Source of the DNA: Candidatus Krumholzibacteriia bacterium
GTDB lineage: Bacteria; Krumholzibacteriota; Krumholzibacteriia; JAJRXK01
Reading direction: 5' to 3'
Length of the DNA: 64,000 nucleotides
Assembly (NCBI GenBank): GCA_029932915.1
Contig: JAOZPE010000001.1
Location: 32,222-96,221, forward strand
Made by a program: the position numbers and the translations under genes. This document shows, piece after piece, positions 27,005-37,000 of this stretch. Positions within the stretch are counted from its first letter, which is position 1. Each line of letters opens with the position of its first letter. A model generated the notes under the pieces. The model did not search any database, was not told the DNA's origin, and was given only the letters and a program-made list of their open reading frames with translations.

Positions 27005-28405
27005 GTGGGGACGGTCCTGATCCTGCATATCCCGATGGTTCCAGGAACACCGCCTCACATCCCGGGGGGACCAGGGGCGGTGGTTGCGGCCCGTGCCGTC
27101 CCCATGGAGGAGATCGCGTTGACCCAACCCGCACCGTGCCCCGTCGTTCCCGATCAGCCGGTCCGTCTCGATCCCACCCGGCGCAACCCCCAGCTCGTCC
27201 GCTTCCACGAACTGATGGAACGGATGGTGGTGGGTCAGCCGGGAGCGCTGGAGACGGTCACGAACTCCTTCTCGCGTCTGCTGGCGGGGATCCACGATCC
27301 GGAGAGCCCGATCCTGACCATGATGCTGCTGGGACCGACCGGCGTGGGCAAGACCGAGACCGTACGCTGTCTGGCCCAGGCCCTCTTCGGAAGCCGCCGG
27401 GCCTTCACCCGGGTGAACTGCCAGGAGTACTCGGCCCACTACAACCTCTCGAAGTTGCTGGGCAGCCCACCGGGCTACGTCGGTGGCGAGATCAAACCCC
27501 TGCTGAGCCAGGAGAACCTCGACCGGCACTACAAGAAGGCCATGGAGGAGGGGTTGGGGATCTTCCAGGACGACCTGGGCCGGATCGGCGGTGGCCCGGA
27601 CGGGGACCACGCGCTCTCGCTCATCCTCTTCGACGAGATCGAGAAGGCCCATCCCAAGCTGTGGAACATGCTGCTGGGCATCCTCGAGGATGGCACCCTG
27701 GTGCTGGGCAACAACGAAGAGGTCGATTTCACCCACAGCATCATCGTCCTGACCACCAACGTGGGCAGCGAGGCGATGGGCAAGCACCTCTCCCACGAGA
27801 ACATCGGTTTCGTCAGCGGTGAGGACCTCGAGCAGATGGACCGTGACATCCACGAGGCGGCGCTGCGGGAGGCCCGCAAGGTCTTCCCCTTCGAATTCCT
27901 GAATCGCTTCGACGAGCTCATCACCTACGACACCCTCAAGGAATCGCACCTGTACCAGATCCTGGACAATCTCATCGCCGACATCCACATCCGCAGCATC
28001 GGTTGCACCCAGCCCTTCCTGTTGAAGGTGGAGGAGGCGGCCAAGCGCAAGCTGGTGGAGGAGGGCTACGACCCCCGTTTCGGCGCCCGTCCCCTGCGGC
28101 GGGCGGTCGAGACCCGCCTGGTGACGCCCATCGGACACCTGATCTCCAGTGGCCAGGTGGTGCGCGGAGACCTGGTCACCGTCGACTGGGTCGATGGAGA
28201 ATGGGTCTTCGGGAAGGAATCGGGAGTGATGACCGCCGAGGAGATCGCGGCCTTCGAGGCCCGTCAGGCCGAGAAGGAGAGAAGCCGCGATCTGGATGGG
28301 ATGGACGACGGGGGCGAGGCCAAGCGGATCGTCGAGGAACTCGACGAGGTGGTGGCCCACGGGCACATGCTCGGTGACGGTTCGGACCTTCCCGGCGGGC
28401 TGTAG
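27005..28405 (+). CDS. Stand-alone Hsp100/Clp-type AAA+ ATPase consisting of a single D2-like module (AAA_2 plus ClpB_D2-small)
   Basis: VVGQPGALETVTNSFSRLLAG precedes Walker A (LLGPTGVGKTE), Walker B (LILFDEIEKAHPKLWNMLLGILEDGTL), sensor 1 (LTTNVGS) and a D2-small domain (RFGARPLRRAVE). There is no N-domain, D1 or M-domain. The start is uncertain (Met candidates at 27005, 27035, 27104). Confidence 0.75.
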   Translation: MGTVLILHIPMVPGTPPHIPGGPGAVVAARAVPMEEIALTQPAPCPVVPDQPVRLDPTRRNPQLVRFHELMERMVVGQPGALETVTNSFSRLLAGIHDPESPILTMMLLGPTGVGKTETVRCLAQALFGSRRAFTRVNCQEYSAHYNLSKLLGSPPGYVGGEIKPLLSQENLDRHYKKAMEEGLGIFQDDLGRIGGGPDGDHALSLILFDEIEKAHPKLWNMLLGILEDGTLVLGNNEEVDFTHSIIVLTTNVGSEAMGKHLSHENIGFVSGEDLEQMDRDIHEAALREARKVFPFEFLNRFDELITYDTLKESHLYQILDNLIADIHIRSIGCTQPFLLKVEEAAKRKLVEEGYDPRFGARPLRRAVETRLVTPIGHLISSGQVVRGDLVTVDWVDGEWVFGKESGVMTAEEIAAFEARQAEKERSRDLDGMDDGGEAKRIVEELDEVVAHGHMLGDGSDLPGGL

Positions 28406-28429
28406 ACCTCAGGCCGCGGATACGTCGAA

Positions 28430-28457
28430 GGGGAGACCCGCGCAGCCGGATCTCCCC
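28430..28457. terminator. Weak GC-rich stem-loop (GGGGAGA-N14-TCTCCCC) between the convergent AAA+ and bactofilin genes
   Basis: It has a 7-bp stem and a 14-nt loop with no U-tract. Confidence 0.25.
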
Positions 28458-28557
28458 TCATCCCCATCTCGATACGGTTTCGTCGCCGGCGCCGCCCTCA
28501 CCGCGTTCCGCCCCCGGTGCCTCGACGCTGGGGTCGACACGGCGGACAGTCGGCCGC

Positions 28558-29079
28558 CTACTTCCGGCTGGTCTCCACTGCCTCGACGATCTCCTCGACG
28601 GCCGCCTTCTTGGGCTTGGCCGAGGGATTCGGATTGGAAGCGGTGTGGTGTTCCTTGCCCGTGGGCATCGAACACGAACCCTGGAAGAACACGGTCTCGT
28701 CCATCTGCAGGGAAGGCGTGATGACGTCGCCCTGCAGGCGGCCATTGTGCTTGAGTTCGACGCGCTCGGAGGCCTCGACGCTTCCCTTCACCGAACCCTT
28801 GATGGTGATCGTGCGGGTGGTGATCTGCGCGTCGACCTCGGCGTTCTCGCCGATGACCAGGTTGCCGGTGCTCTCGATCTCGCCCTTGAAGGTTCCCTCG
28901 ATGAGGACGGAGTTCTCGAAGCGCAACTTGCCCTCGATGTGGACATCGGGGCCCAGATAGGCCGTGATCTGGTTGGAATCGTGGTTCTTGCCGCGGGACG
29001 GCGACGGAGTGGACTTCTCCACGCGAGGAAGCTCCACGCTTGCTTGCGGCTCGTCCTTCTTGTCTTTTCCTCCGAACAT
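28558..29079 (-). CDS. Bactofilin (CcmA/DUF583) cytoskeletal protein
   Basis: It is a beta-helical repeat protein (IEGKLRFENSVLIEGTFKGEIESTGNLVIGENAEVDAQITTRTITIKGSVKGSVEA) with a disordered Lys/Pro-rich tail. A GGAGG RBS precedes the Met55 start. The track ORF is 5'-extended to 29241. Confidence 0.8.
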   Translation of the reverse strand: MFGGKDKKDEPQASVELPRVEKSTPSPSRGKNHDSNQITAYLGPDVHIEGKLRFENSVLIEGTFKGEIESTGNLVIGENAEVDAQITTRTITIKGSVKGSVEASERVELKHNGRLQGDVITPSLQMDETVFFQGSCSMPTGKEHHTASNPNPSAKPKKAAVEEIVEAVETSRK

Positions 29080-29398
29080 GCTGCCTCCAGGCTTGCGTTC
29101 CGCTGCACAGCGGAGTGAGGGGATCGGGCGGCGAGGGGGCGATGAGGCCACCTCCACGGCGAGCGGGGAGAACCGTACCGGGGACTTCCTCCCGGCCGGC
29201 ATATCCTCCGCGGGCCGCCATCGCAGTCCAAGCGGGAGCAATGCCGGTGCCTTTGCTCCGGCCAGGGGAGAACTCGTTGGAAATCAATGGCTTATGCCGA
29301 TGTGACCCCGGCCGGCCCGGGCGGCACGGATGGTCAGATTCTGACCGCTTTGGGCCCACCACGGTGGAAGGGGACCAGGGACGGCGGGGGGCTCGGAA

Positions 29399-29749
29399 TC
29401 AGGGCCAGAAGAGGATCCGGCCGCAGGTCTCGCAGTAGACGACCTTGTCCTGGTTGACCGCGCTGGTGAAGCTCGACGGGATGTTGGTGAAGCAGCCGGT
29501 GCACACACCGTCGACCACCGGGACCACCGCACGTCCCAGGCGCTGGGTGAGGCGCCGGTAGCGGCTCACCAGGGCCCGGGGAATGCGGGCCTCGAGCTTC
29601 TCGTGGGCCTTGCGCAACTCCTCCAGGCCGGTCACCGGGAAGCCCATCTTCTCCAGGGCCGCCCGCTTGGATGCGTCCTCGGCTTCCTTGATCATCTGCT
29701 CGAGATCCTGCAGCGCCACCAGCAGTTGAGCGTCCTTGGGAGCGGTCAT
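29399..29749 (-). CDS. Coiled-coil plus C-terminal CxxC...CxxC zinc-ribbon protein (COG1579-like)
   Basis: VCTGCFTNIPS....YCETCGRILFW forms a C4 zinc ribbon, with an N-terminal helical segment. The stop overlaps the ptsN start (ATGA-type). Confidence 0.5.
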   Translation of the reverse strand: MTAPKDAQLLVALQDLEQMIKEAEDASKRAALEKMGFPVTGLEELRKAHEKLEARIPRALVSRYRRLTQRLGRAVVPVVDGVCTGCFTNIPSSFTSAVNQDKVVYCETCGRILFWP

Positions 29750-30213
29750 TTCTGGGCCTCTCTCAGCGCGGCGACCATCGAGTCGAAGTCCTTGGCCGCG
29801 AGCAGTTTCTCCCGCACCTGGTCGTTCTGGACCAGACCGGTGATGACGCCCAGGGCCTGCAGGTAGATGTTTCCGCTGTCCTGGGGCGGCGCCAGCAGGA
29901 GGAAGAAGAGGTAGGTGGGCTTGCCGTCGATGCTGTCGAAGTCGACCCCCTTGGGGGCGCGGGCGACCAGGATGGTCAGCTCGCTGATGGCCACCGAACG
30001 CCCATGGGGGAACGCCACACCGCTTCCCACCGCCGTGCTTCCCAGCGCTTCGCGGTTCTGGAGCATCTCCAGGATGAGCTCTCCGTTCTTCACCTTGCCG
30101 GCCGACACCAGGACCTCGGTGAGTTTCTGGAGGACTTCTTCCTTGTTGCGTGCGCGGAGGTTGCCCACCCAGAGGGCGGGATCCATATGTTGAATCAGGT
30201 CTTCGATCGTCAT
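29746..30213 (-). CDS. ptsN: PTS EIIA(Ntr) nitrogen-regulatory protein PtsN (paralog 2)
   Basis: MTIEDLIQHMDPALWVGNLRARNKEEV...ALGSTAVGSGVAFPHGRS is a canonical PtsN with the active-site His in AFPHGR. The track ORF is 5'-extended to 31308. Confidence 0.8.
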   Translation of the reverse strand: MTIEDLIQHMDPALWVGNLRARNKEEVLQKLTEVLVSAGKVKNGELILEMLQNREALGSTAVGSGVAFPHGRSVAISELTILVARAPKGVDFDSIDGKPTYLFFLLLAPPQDSGNIYLQALGVITGLVQNDQVREKLLAAKDFDSMVAALREAQK

Positions 30214-30363
30214 GGAAGGGGCCGGACGAGGCCGCAGTCGGCTCTCCGGCGGGTCATGAGATGTACGCGTGAGCGCAAACCAAGCTAGCAGATCGAGGTG
30301 TCCTAGACAAGGACGCACGTCTGGTGTTCCCTGGATCCCGTCAGCAGAGGGGGGATCGATCGT

Positions 30364-31380
30364 ATGGGCGAGAGCGAGCAAGGGCATCCAGCGGGGACGC
30401 AGCCGATCCGGCACGAGGGGCTGGTCGTCCAGCACGGAGCCAACCGTTACCTGGTGGAGGTGCACGAGGCCTCGGGTCCCCGGCAGTGGGCCTGCTCGAT
30501 CGCCGGGCGCCTGCGTCAGGGACCGCGTCAGCAGGTGCGCCTGGCGGTGATCGGCGACCGGGTGCGGATCGAGGCCCAGGGATCGCCGGAGAGGGCGGAG
30601 GCGTCCATCGTCGAGGTCCTGCCCCGGCGCAACGCCATCTCGCGTCCGGCCCCGGCGGGCGGCGCGCGCCGGGGGGCCCGTGAGCAACTCGTGATCGCCA
30701 ACCTCGACCGGCTGTGGGTGATCGCCTCGGTGGCCCAACCTCCCCTGAACCTGTATTTCGTCGACCGTGTCCTGGCCGCGGCCGCCCATCAGGGGGTTCC
30801 GGCCGGACTCATCCTGAACAAGATCGATCTCCTCGACGAGGAGCCCGACGGGGTGGTCGGGCTGTACCGTGGGCTGGGCTATCCGGTCCACCTGTGCTCG
30901 GCCCGCGACGGCCGGGGCGTCGAGCAGCTCGCCGCGGCCTTCCGGGAGGGCATCGGCGCCCTGGTGGGCCGATCCGGGGTGGGCAAGACCAGCCTGCTGG
31001 AGGCGGTCCAACCGGGTCTGCGCCTGAAGACCGGCGAGGTGAGCCCCCGCCGCGGCCACGGGCGCCACACCACCACCGTCAGCCGGCTGTACCGTCTCGA
31101 CGGCGGCGGCTACCTGGCGGACACCCCGGGGATGCGTGAGTTCGGTCTGTGGGGGATGGTGCGGGCCGATCTGGCCGCGTCGTTCGTGGAATTCCCCTCC
31201 TTCGCCGCCGACTGCCGCTTCCGCGATTGCCTGCACGTTCGTGAGCCCGGCTGTGCGGTCCGCGCGGCGGCCGAGGACGGCCGAATCGATCCCGGGCGCT
31301 ACCGTCACTACCTCGAGCTGCTGAAGGAGCTGCCCGAGCGACGTCCACCGCGCTCGGGTGGTGCTTCCAGGGGGATGTGA
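30364..31380 (+). CDS. rsgA: Ribosome small-subunit-dependent GTPase A (RsgA/YjeQ)
   Basis: It has an OB N-domain, circularly permuted GTPase motifs (ILNKIDLLDEE, GRSGVGKTSL, DTPGMREFGLW) and a C-terminal zinc knuckle (CRFRDCLHVREPGCAV). Confidence 0.85.
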   Translation: MGESEQGHPAGTQPIRHEGLVVQHGANRYLVEVHEASGPRQWACSIAGRLRQGPRQQVRLAVIGDRVRIEAQGSPERAEASIVEVLPRRNAISRPAPAGGARRGAREQLVIANLDRLWVIASVAQPPLNLYFVDRVLAAAAHQGVPAGLILNKIDLLDEEPDGVVGLYRGLGYPVHLCSARDGRGVEQLAAAFREGIGALVGRSGVGKTSLLEAVQPGLRLKTGEVSPRRGHGRHTTTVSRLYRLDGGGYLADTPGMREFGLWGMVRADLAASFVEFPSFAADCRFRDCLHVREPGCAVRAAAEDGRIDPGRYRHYLELLKELPERRPPRSGGASRGM

Positions 31381-32501
31381 GCGTGGGACGGATCAACCGA
31401 CGCAGGGATCGCTGGCTGAAGCGTCTGCTCGAACATCTGTTGCGGCCCTTCTTCCATCGGCCGCGCATGGATCTCGAGCAGATCCGCAGGGAGGATCCCC
31501 GCCGGATCCTCATCGTCCGCCAGCACAACCAGATGGGGGACATGCTGTGTGCGGTGCCCGCCCTGCGGGCCATCCACGAGAGCTTCCCCCGAGCCCGCAA
31601 GATGCTGGTGACCGCTCCGGTGAACGACGGTGTGGTGCGGGGCAATCCCTATCTCGACGAGATCCTTCTCTTCGACAAGGTCGCCGTTCGCCGTTCCCCC
31701 CGGCAGGCTGTGGGTTTCCTCAAGAGCCTGCGCTCCTTCGCACCCGAGCTGGCCATCGTCCTCAACAGCGTCTCCTACAGCGGGACCTCATCGTGGATCG
31801 CCGTGCTCAGCGGTGCCCGCCGGATCATCGGGGGCGACAGTACACCCTTCGGATGGTCCTTCAGCCGATGGCTCTACAACCTGGAGATGCCGGTCCAGGT
31901 GGAGTTGAAGGGGCATGCCATCGAGCACTCCCTGGCTCCACTGCGTGCGGTGGGAATGGACACGGCCGATCGCTCCACGGTTCTCATCCCCGGATGGGAG
32001 GATCGCGCGCAGGCCCGGCGTTTCCTCGAATCGGTGGGGCCGTCCCCCTGGGCCGCGATCCATCCCGGCGCGGGCAAGGAGGAGAACCGCTGGCCGGCCG
32101 AGCGCTTCGCCGCGGTGGTGCACAAGCTTCGCCGCCGTGGCTGGTCGGTGTGGTGCATCGAGGGACCGGCCGATCGCCATGCCACCGAGCAGCTGCTCGC
32201 GTCGCTGGAAGAGCCGGTGAAGGTGCTGCGGGGTGTCTCGGTGCGGACGGTGGCCGCCGCCCTGGCCGCTTCCCAGCTCGCCCTGGTGAACGACACGGGC
32301 ATCATGCACGTGGCCGGCGCGGTGGGGACCGCCACGGTGGCGCTCTTCGGTCCGACCGCGGCGGAGAGTTGGAGACCACCGGGCGATGCCGTCCGGGCCC
32401 TGCAGAGTCCGGACGGCACCATGGAAGGCCTTGGTCTCGATGTGGTGTGGGACGCCGTGTCCCGCCTGGCCGGCGAGGTGGAGGCTCGAACGGCCGGCTG
32501 A
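31377..32501 (+). CDS. Glycosyltransferase family 9 (LPS heptosyltransferase-like)
   Basis: ILIVRQHNQMGDMLCAVPALRAIHESFP is the GT9 N-terminal signature, and the C-terminus has LALVNDTGIMHVAGAVGTATVALFGPT. It has a GTG start overlapping the rsgA stop. Confidence 0.75.
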   Translation: MSVGRINRRRDRWLKRLLEHLLRPFFHRPRMDLEQIRREDPRRILIVRQHNQMGDMLCAVPALRAIHESFPRARKMLVTAPVNDGVVRGNPYLDEILLFDKVAVRRSPRQAVGFLKSLRSFAPELAIVLNSVSYSGTSSWIAVLSGARRIIGGDSTPFGWSFSRWLYNLEMPVQVELKGHAIEHSLAPLRAVGMDTADRSTVLIPGWEDRAQARRFLESVGPSPWAAIHPGAGKEENRWPAERFAAVVHKLRRRGWSVWCIEGPADRHATEQLLASLEEPVKVLRGVSVRTVAAALAASQLALVNDTGIMHVAGAVGTATVALFGPTAAESWRPPGDAVRALQSPDGTMEGLGLDVVWDAVSRLAGEVEARTAG

Positions 32502-32530
32502 GAGCCACTTCAACCGACCGCGCGGTGTCC

Positions 32531-34033
32531 TCAGTCGCCCTGGGTGTCCGGCGCTCCCAGTCCCGCGGTGACCTGCTCCAGATAGGTCGCGGCCCTCTCG
32601 TTCGAGGGATCGGCCTCCAGCGCGTGCTTCCACGCCTCGACCGCCTTGTCGACCTTGCCCAGTTTGTGCTGGGCGTTGCCCAGGTTGGTCCAGGCCGCGC
32701 TGACGTCGCACTGGTGCCCCACCGCCTCCTTGTACATCTCGATGGCCGCCTCGTAGTTCTCCTGCAGGAAGAGGGCGTAGCCGAGATTGTTGTAGGTGGC
32801 GCCCAGTTCGGGGTCGAGCTCCAGGGCCGACTCGAAGGCCGCCTGGGCTTCTTCGTGCCGTCCGAGCTCGGTCAGGGCCAGCCCCAGATTGTTGAAGGCC
32901 TGGGCGAAGCGACAGTCCTTGTCGATGGCCTTCTCGAAGAGTTGAACGGCGGTGTCGTGCTCACCGGCGTGATACGCACTCACCCCGGCGTTGTTGAGCC
33001 GACGCGCCTCCTCCTTGAGACGCCGCTCCTCCTCGGCCGCCGCCCGCTCCTTCTCCCGCTCGAAGAAGGCATTCATCTCCTGCTGGCTCTTCTCGAGCTG
33101 GCTTCCCATCTCCTTCAGCGCACGGTTCTCCTCCTCCACCGAGGCGATCCGCTGGTTGTTCTCATCGCGCCATTGCTGCAGGCTTTCATGGATCCTGTTG
33201 GATTCCTCCTGCAGGGACGCCTCGATCGAGCCGATCTTCTCGTTCCAGCTCTCGCCACGGGAACGGAGCTCCTCCTCGATCCGCTGCTGGAGTTCATCCT
33301 TCTGTTGCCGGCCCTGCTCCGCCCATTCCTCCAGTTTGCGGCCATGCTCGTCGAAACGAGCCTCGAGGCGCTCATCCAGGAGGCGGGAGAGGGTCTCTTC
33401 CCAGCTCGAGGTGAGTCGTTCGACGCGCTCGTCCAGGGCGCTGTGGAGCTTCTCCTCCCAGCTCGATGCGAGTCGTTCGATGCGTTCGTCCAGCACGCGC
33501 TGGAGGATCTCCTCCCAGCGTGAGCCGATCTCGTCGAGGCGTTCGGAGAAGATGCGGCCGATGTTCTCCTCGCTGTGGCCGGCGATCCGCTCCGCCTCTT
33601 CCTTCCACTGGTGGACGAGTTCCTCACGGGCCTCCTGTTGCCACCACTCCAGCAGCGAATCCCGGTGGCGGGTGAGTGTCTCGTCGAGTGGCTCGGCGTC
33701 CTCGTCGGCCGCTTCGCGTTCACTCCAGGCCTGGAGCCGCTCACCGAGGAGTTCCTCCATCTGGGAGCGGAACTTGTCCTCCAGACGCCGGGTCTCGCTG
33801 GACAGCCGGTGTTCCATCTGGTCGACGACGCCGTCGAGCCCTTCGGCCAGGGTCTTGCGCCAGGCCGATTCGCGGTTGTGGGCGTCGTCCTTCACCTCGT
33901 CGGCGAGACGATCGGTTGCCTGGGCGAGACCCTCGAGTGCCTCGAGGATCCCCGTGTCGTCGTGGAGGTCTTCCCTGTAGGAAGGCGTTTCCTCCTGAAC
34001 CGTGGTTCCCTGGTCGTGGCTCTCCTCGTACAT
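32531..34033 (-). CDS. Coiled-coil plus tetratricopeptide-repeat (TPR) protein
   Basis: The N-terminal two-thirds is a highly charged coiled coil with three tandem ~21-aa repeats (DERIERLASSWEEKLHSAL / DERVERLTSSWEETLSRLL / DERLEARFDEHGRKLEEWA). The C-terminus has 4-5 TPRs (AYHAGEHDTAVQLFEKAIDKD.., AQAFNNLGLAL.., ATYNNLGYAL.., AWTNLGNAQ..). Confidence 0.7.
   Translation of the reverse strand: MYEESHDQGTTVQEETPSYREDLHDDTGILEALEGLAQATDRLADEVKDDAHNRESAWRKTLAEGLDGVVDQMEHRLSSETRRLEDKFRSQMEELLGERLQAWSEREAADEDAEPLDETLTRHRDSLLEWWQQEAREELVHQWKEEAERIAGHSEENIGRIFSERLDEIGSRWEEILQRVLDERIERLASSWEEKLHSALDERVERLTSSWEETLSRLLDERLEARFDEHGRKLEEWAEQGRQQKDELQQRIEEELRSRGESWNEKIGSIEASLQEESNRIHESLQQWRDENNQRIASVEEENRALKEMGSQLEKSQQEMNAFFEREKERAAAEEERRLKEEARRLNNAGVSAYHAGEHDTAVQLFEKAIDKDCRFAQAFNNLGLALTELGRHEEAQAAFESALELDPELGATYNNLGYALFLQENYEAAIEMYKEAVGHQCDVSAAWTNLGNAQHKLGKVDKAVEAWKHALEADPSNERAATYLEQVTAGLGAPDTQGD
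33360..33560. repeat. ~63-bp tandem repeat (x3) inside the coiled-coil gene
   Basis: The unit ctcctcccagc[tg]cga[gt]g[ct]gag[tc]cg(ttc/atc)ga.gcg(c/t)tcgtccag... recurs. It matches the protein-level repeat. Confidence 0.6.
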
Positions 34034-34051
34034 ATCTTCTTCCTCTCGAGA

Positions 34052-37000
34052 CTAGAGGGTGCTCACCTTCGAGAGCACGGCCTTGTACTCTCCGGCGAGA
34101 TCGCTCAGGTAACGGCCGTAGGCCTTCGATGCGCGCTCGCGGGCACGCGTTCCGTAACGTTGATTGTCGAACAACAGTTGGTAGCGGGCGAAGGCCTCGG
34201 CATGGCGTCCGCTGCGCGCCGCGCATTCGGCCAGACGCCAACCGATCTCATCCACCCAGAAGTCCTCCGCGCGTGACTCGATCGATTTGAGGACCGCCTC
34301 GGCGCGGGTGACGCGATCGCGGCGGAGGTAGGCATCCGCCAGCAGACAAGCACGGCGCAGCGCTTGTTCCCCGGCGCAGTTGGCCTCGCTCAGGGTGGCC
34401 GCCGCTTCCTCGGCCTCATCGCGCTCGAGCAGCAGTGCGGCCAGGGTGAGCCGGGCTTCGTCGTCGCCGGGATCGTTCTCGATCCGCTCACGGAGGGCCT
34501 TGCTCTCGCGATCGAGGCGTTCGATCTTCCAGCGTCCCACCATGGCGTAGATCTCGGTCCATTCCATGTCGCCATGGGCAAGGCCCTTGAAGATCTCCAG
34601 CGCCTCGTCGTGACGGCCCAGATGTTCCAGTCCCCGCGCCAGTTCCGAACCCAGGCGCACCCGGTCCTCGCCCTCGGCCTTCTCGAAGGCCTTCCGCAGC
34701 ACGGCCACGCTCTCCTCACGGCGGCCTGCCTGCCGCAACGATTCGGCCTGGTTCAGCACGAAGAGCACGCGGACATGGCCGCGCCGGGGCGCGGCGGCCA
34801 GGCGCTCGCTGAGGGCTTCCTGACGGTCTTGACCCAGGGCACTCGGGTCGGGAAGGGCCTCGAGGGCTTCCTCCACCCGGCCCAGGCGCAGCAGGAGGTC
34901 GTGGTGCAACAGACGCAGCTCACCGTGTTCGCTGGCCCCGTCGAGGGCCTGCCGGCAGATGGCCAGGGCCCGATCGACGTCGAGGTCCTCGTTCGCCACC
35001 ACCTTCCACAACAGGCGTGCGGCCTCGTCGCGTTCGCCGGCCTCCACGTGCAGTTTCGCCAGTTCCATCGTCAGTCCGCCGTGCTCGGGGATCCTCTGGT
35101 GGAACTCCTCGAGAATGGCCCGGCGCTCCTCCACCGGATGGCTGCCGTCTCCGATGGCGGAGACGATGAGTTGGGCCGCCGAGTCGATTTGCTTGTGGGC
35201 CAGGAGGATCCGGGCGCTGGTGTGGATGGGGAGGAGTTCGTCGGGGTGCTCGCGCGCGCTCAGGCGCAACTCGGTGGTCACCCGCTTGAACTCGTCGGTG
35301 TCCTGGCTGTAGATCTCGGTGAGGATGCGGCAGCTCTCCTCGAGCTTGCCGGCGGTGCGGGCGGCGCGGGCCGCGGCGTAGCGCAGAGGCGTCGCAGCCG
35401 TCGGGTTGGCGATCTCCTCCGATAGACTGGCCAGGATGCGATCGGCCATCTCCGGCTGCAGACGCAGTGCCCGTTCGTAACCGCGGGCAGCGGTATCGGC
35501 GTCACGGAAGCGTCGATCGAAGTCGGCCACCTGGAGGATGTGCTCGCCGGTGACCGAGGGGACGGACAGCAGTGCATCGAGACGTTGGGCGACCTCTGCC
35601 ACCAGGCTGCGGTCCTGCCGGGCTGCGGTGCAGAAGGCGGTCACCGCGGTGTCCGGATCGTTGGCCCGGTGGCTGGCGAGCCCCAGGAGGAACTGAGCGC
35701 GACCGTGGTCCGGATCGATCTCGGTGAGGCGGCGCAGGGTCTCGACCGCCTTCTGCGGAGAGACCTCCTGTTCCTGCAGCAGCAGCTCCAGATGGCTCAC
35801 CGCGTCGTCCAGACGTCCTTCGTCCATCAGCACGCGGGCCTGCAGGAGACGCAGGTCGGCCAGGGCAGTGGGGGCCAGTGAGGAGACGATGGCCCGCTGG
35901 ATGAGGGCGTCGAGCTGGGAGAAACGGCTCACCGAGTACAGGGCTTCCCCGTACTCGAGCCACAGGGTGGAATTCTCCGGTGCCTTCTCCAGCAGTTGTT
36001 CGAAGCGCTCGCTCAGTTCTTCGATGCGCTCGGGTTGGGCCCGCAGCGCGCGGGAGAGGCATTGCCCGGCCTCTTCCTCCTCCTTGGCTTCCCACAGCAG
36101 GTCGAATGCGGCCAGGTTGAGGTCGGCGTCGTCGGGTTCCTCCACGAGCGCCCGGCGCAGTCGGCTCAGCACGTCCTCGGCGAGCTGAGGACGCGCCATC
36201 AACAGGATCTGGAATTCGGGGACCGCACGCTGGATCTGATGGCAGCTCAGGGCGGCGCAGGCCACCGGATAGCGCAGCAGTTGGCTGGCTCCCAGTTCAC
36301 GGTCGACCCCGTCGAGCAGTTTCAGGATGTGCTCGGCGTGTTCGGGATGCTCGTCCATGTGCGCGACCAGGTCGTCGGCAGTCCACTTGAAGTCTTCGGC
36401 GTTGTGGCGGAGCAGGCCGTCGAGGGCCTGGGCCAGGAGATCACTGCGTCCGTGTTCCAGGGCCGGTTGCAGCATGGCGCTCAGCAGACGGGCCGAGGGG
36501 TGGATGCGTTGCAGACAGGTCTCGGTCACCGCGAACAGAGGCCTTGGATCGCTCTCCTGCTCCCACAGCTCGGCCAGGGTGTCGTTGGCGCCATGTTGCT
36601 GGCCCAGACGCGCGTAGAGCACCGCCTGCATCGCGGTCAGTTCGAAGCGTCCCTCGTCCTCCCACTGGGGCAGGACCTTCTCGATCGAGCGGATGAGCTT
36701 GTTCAGGGTGTGCTCGTCCTGGTCGGGGATCTCGTTGGCGTGGATGGCGGCGGCGTGGAGATCCTTGGCCTGCAGGGCCGCGTCCGCCAGCAGATACGAC
36801 ATCTCGGCCTCGGCCGGACCGTCGTCGTTTCCCTCGCCCATGAGGGCCTGCAGTTCTTCGGGGTCGACCTGTCCTTCCTTGCGCAAGCGCTCGATCAACT
36901 GCGGGACGGTGTTGAACTTCCGCATCACCACCAGCAGGCGCAGTTGCAGCTTCCACAGGGGAGCGGCGGCCGAGGGTTCCAGAGAGGGAGGCAGGTTCTC

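Noticed and set aside
28558-29241. 5'-extended versions of several track ORFs (bactofilin 29241, PAP2 11786, ptsN 31308, Fn3 38673, CHRD 46984, DUF4114 50809)
   Set aside because: Internal Met or Val codons preceded by GGAGG/AAGGAG RBSs and followed by signal peptides or conserved N-termini fit much better. The upstream extensions are low-complexity.
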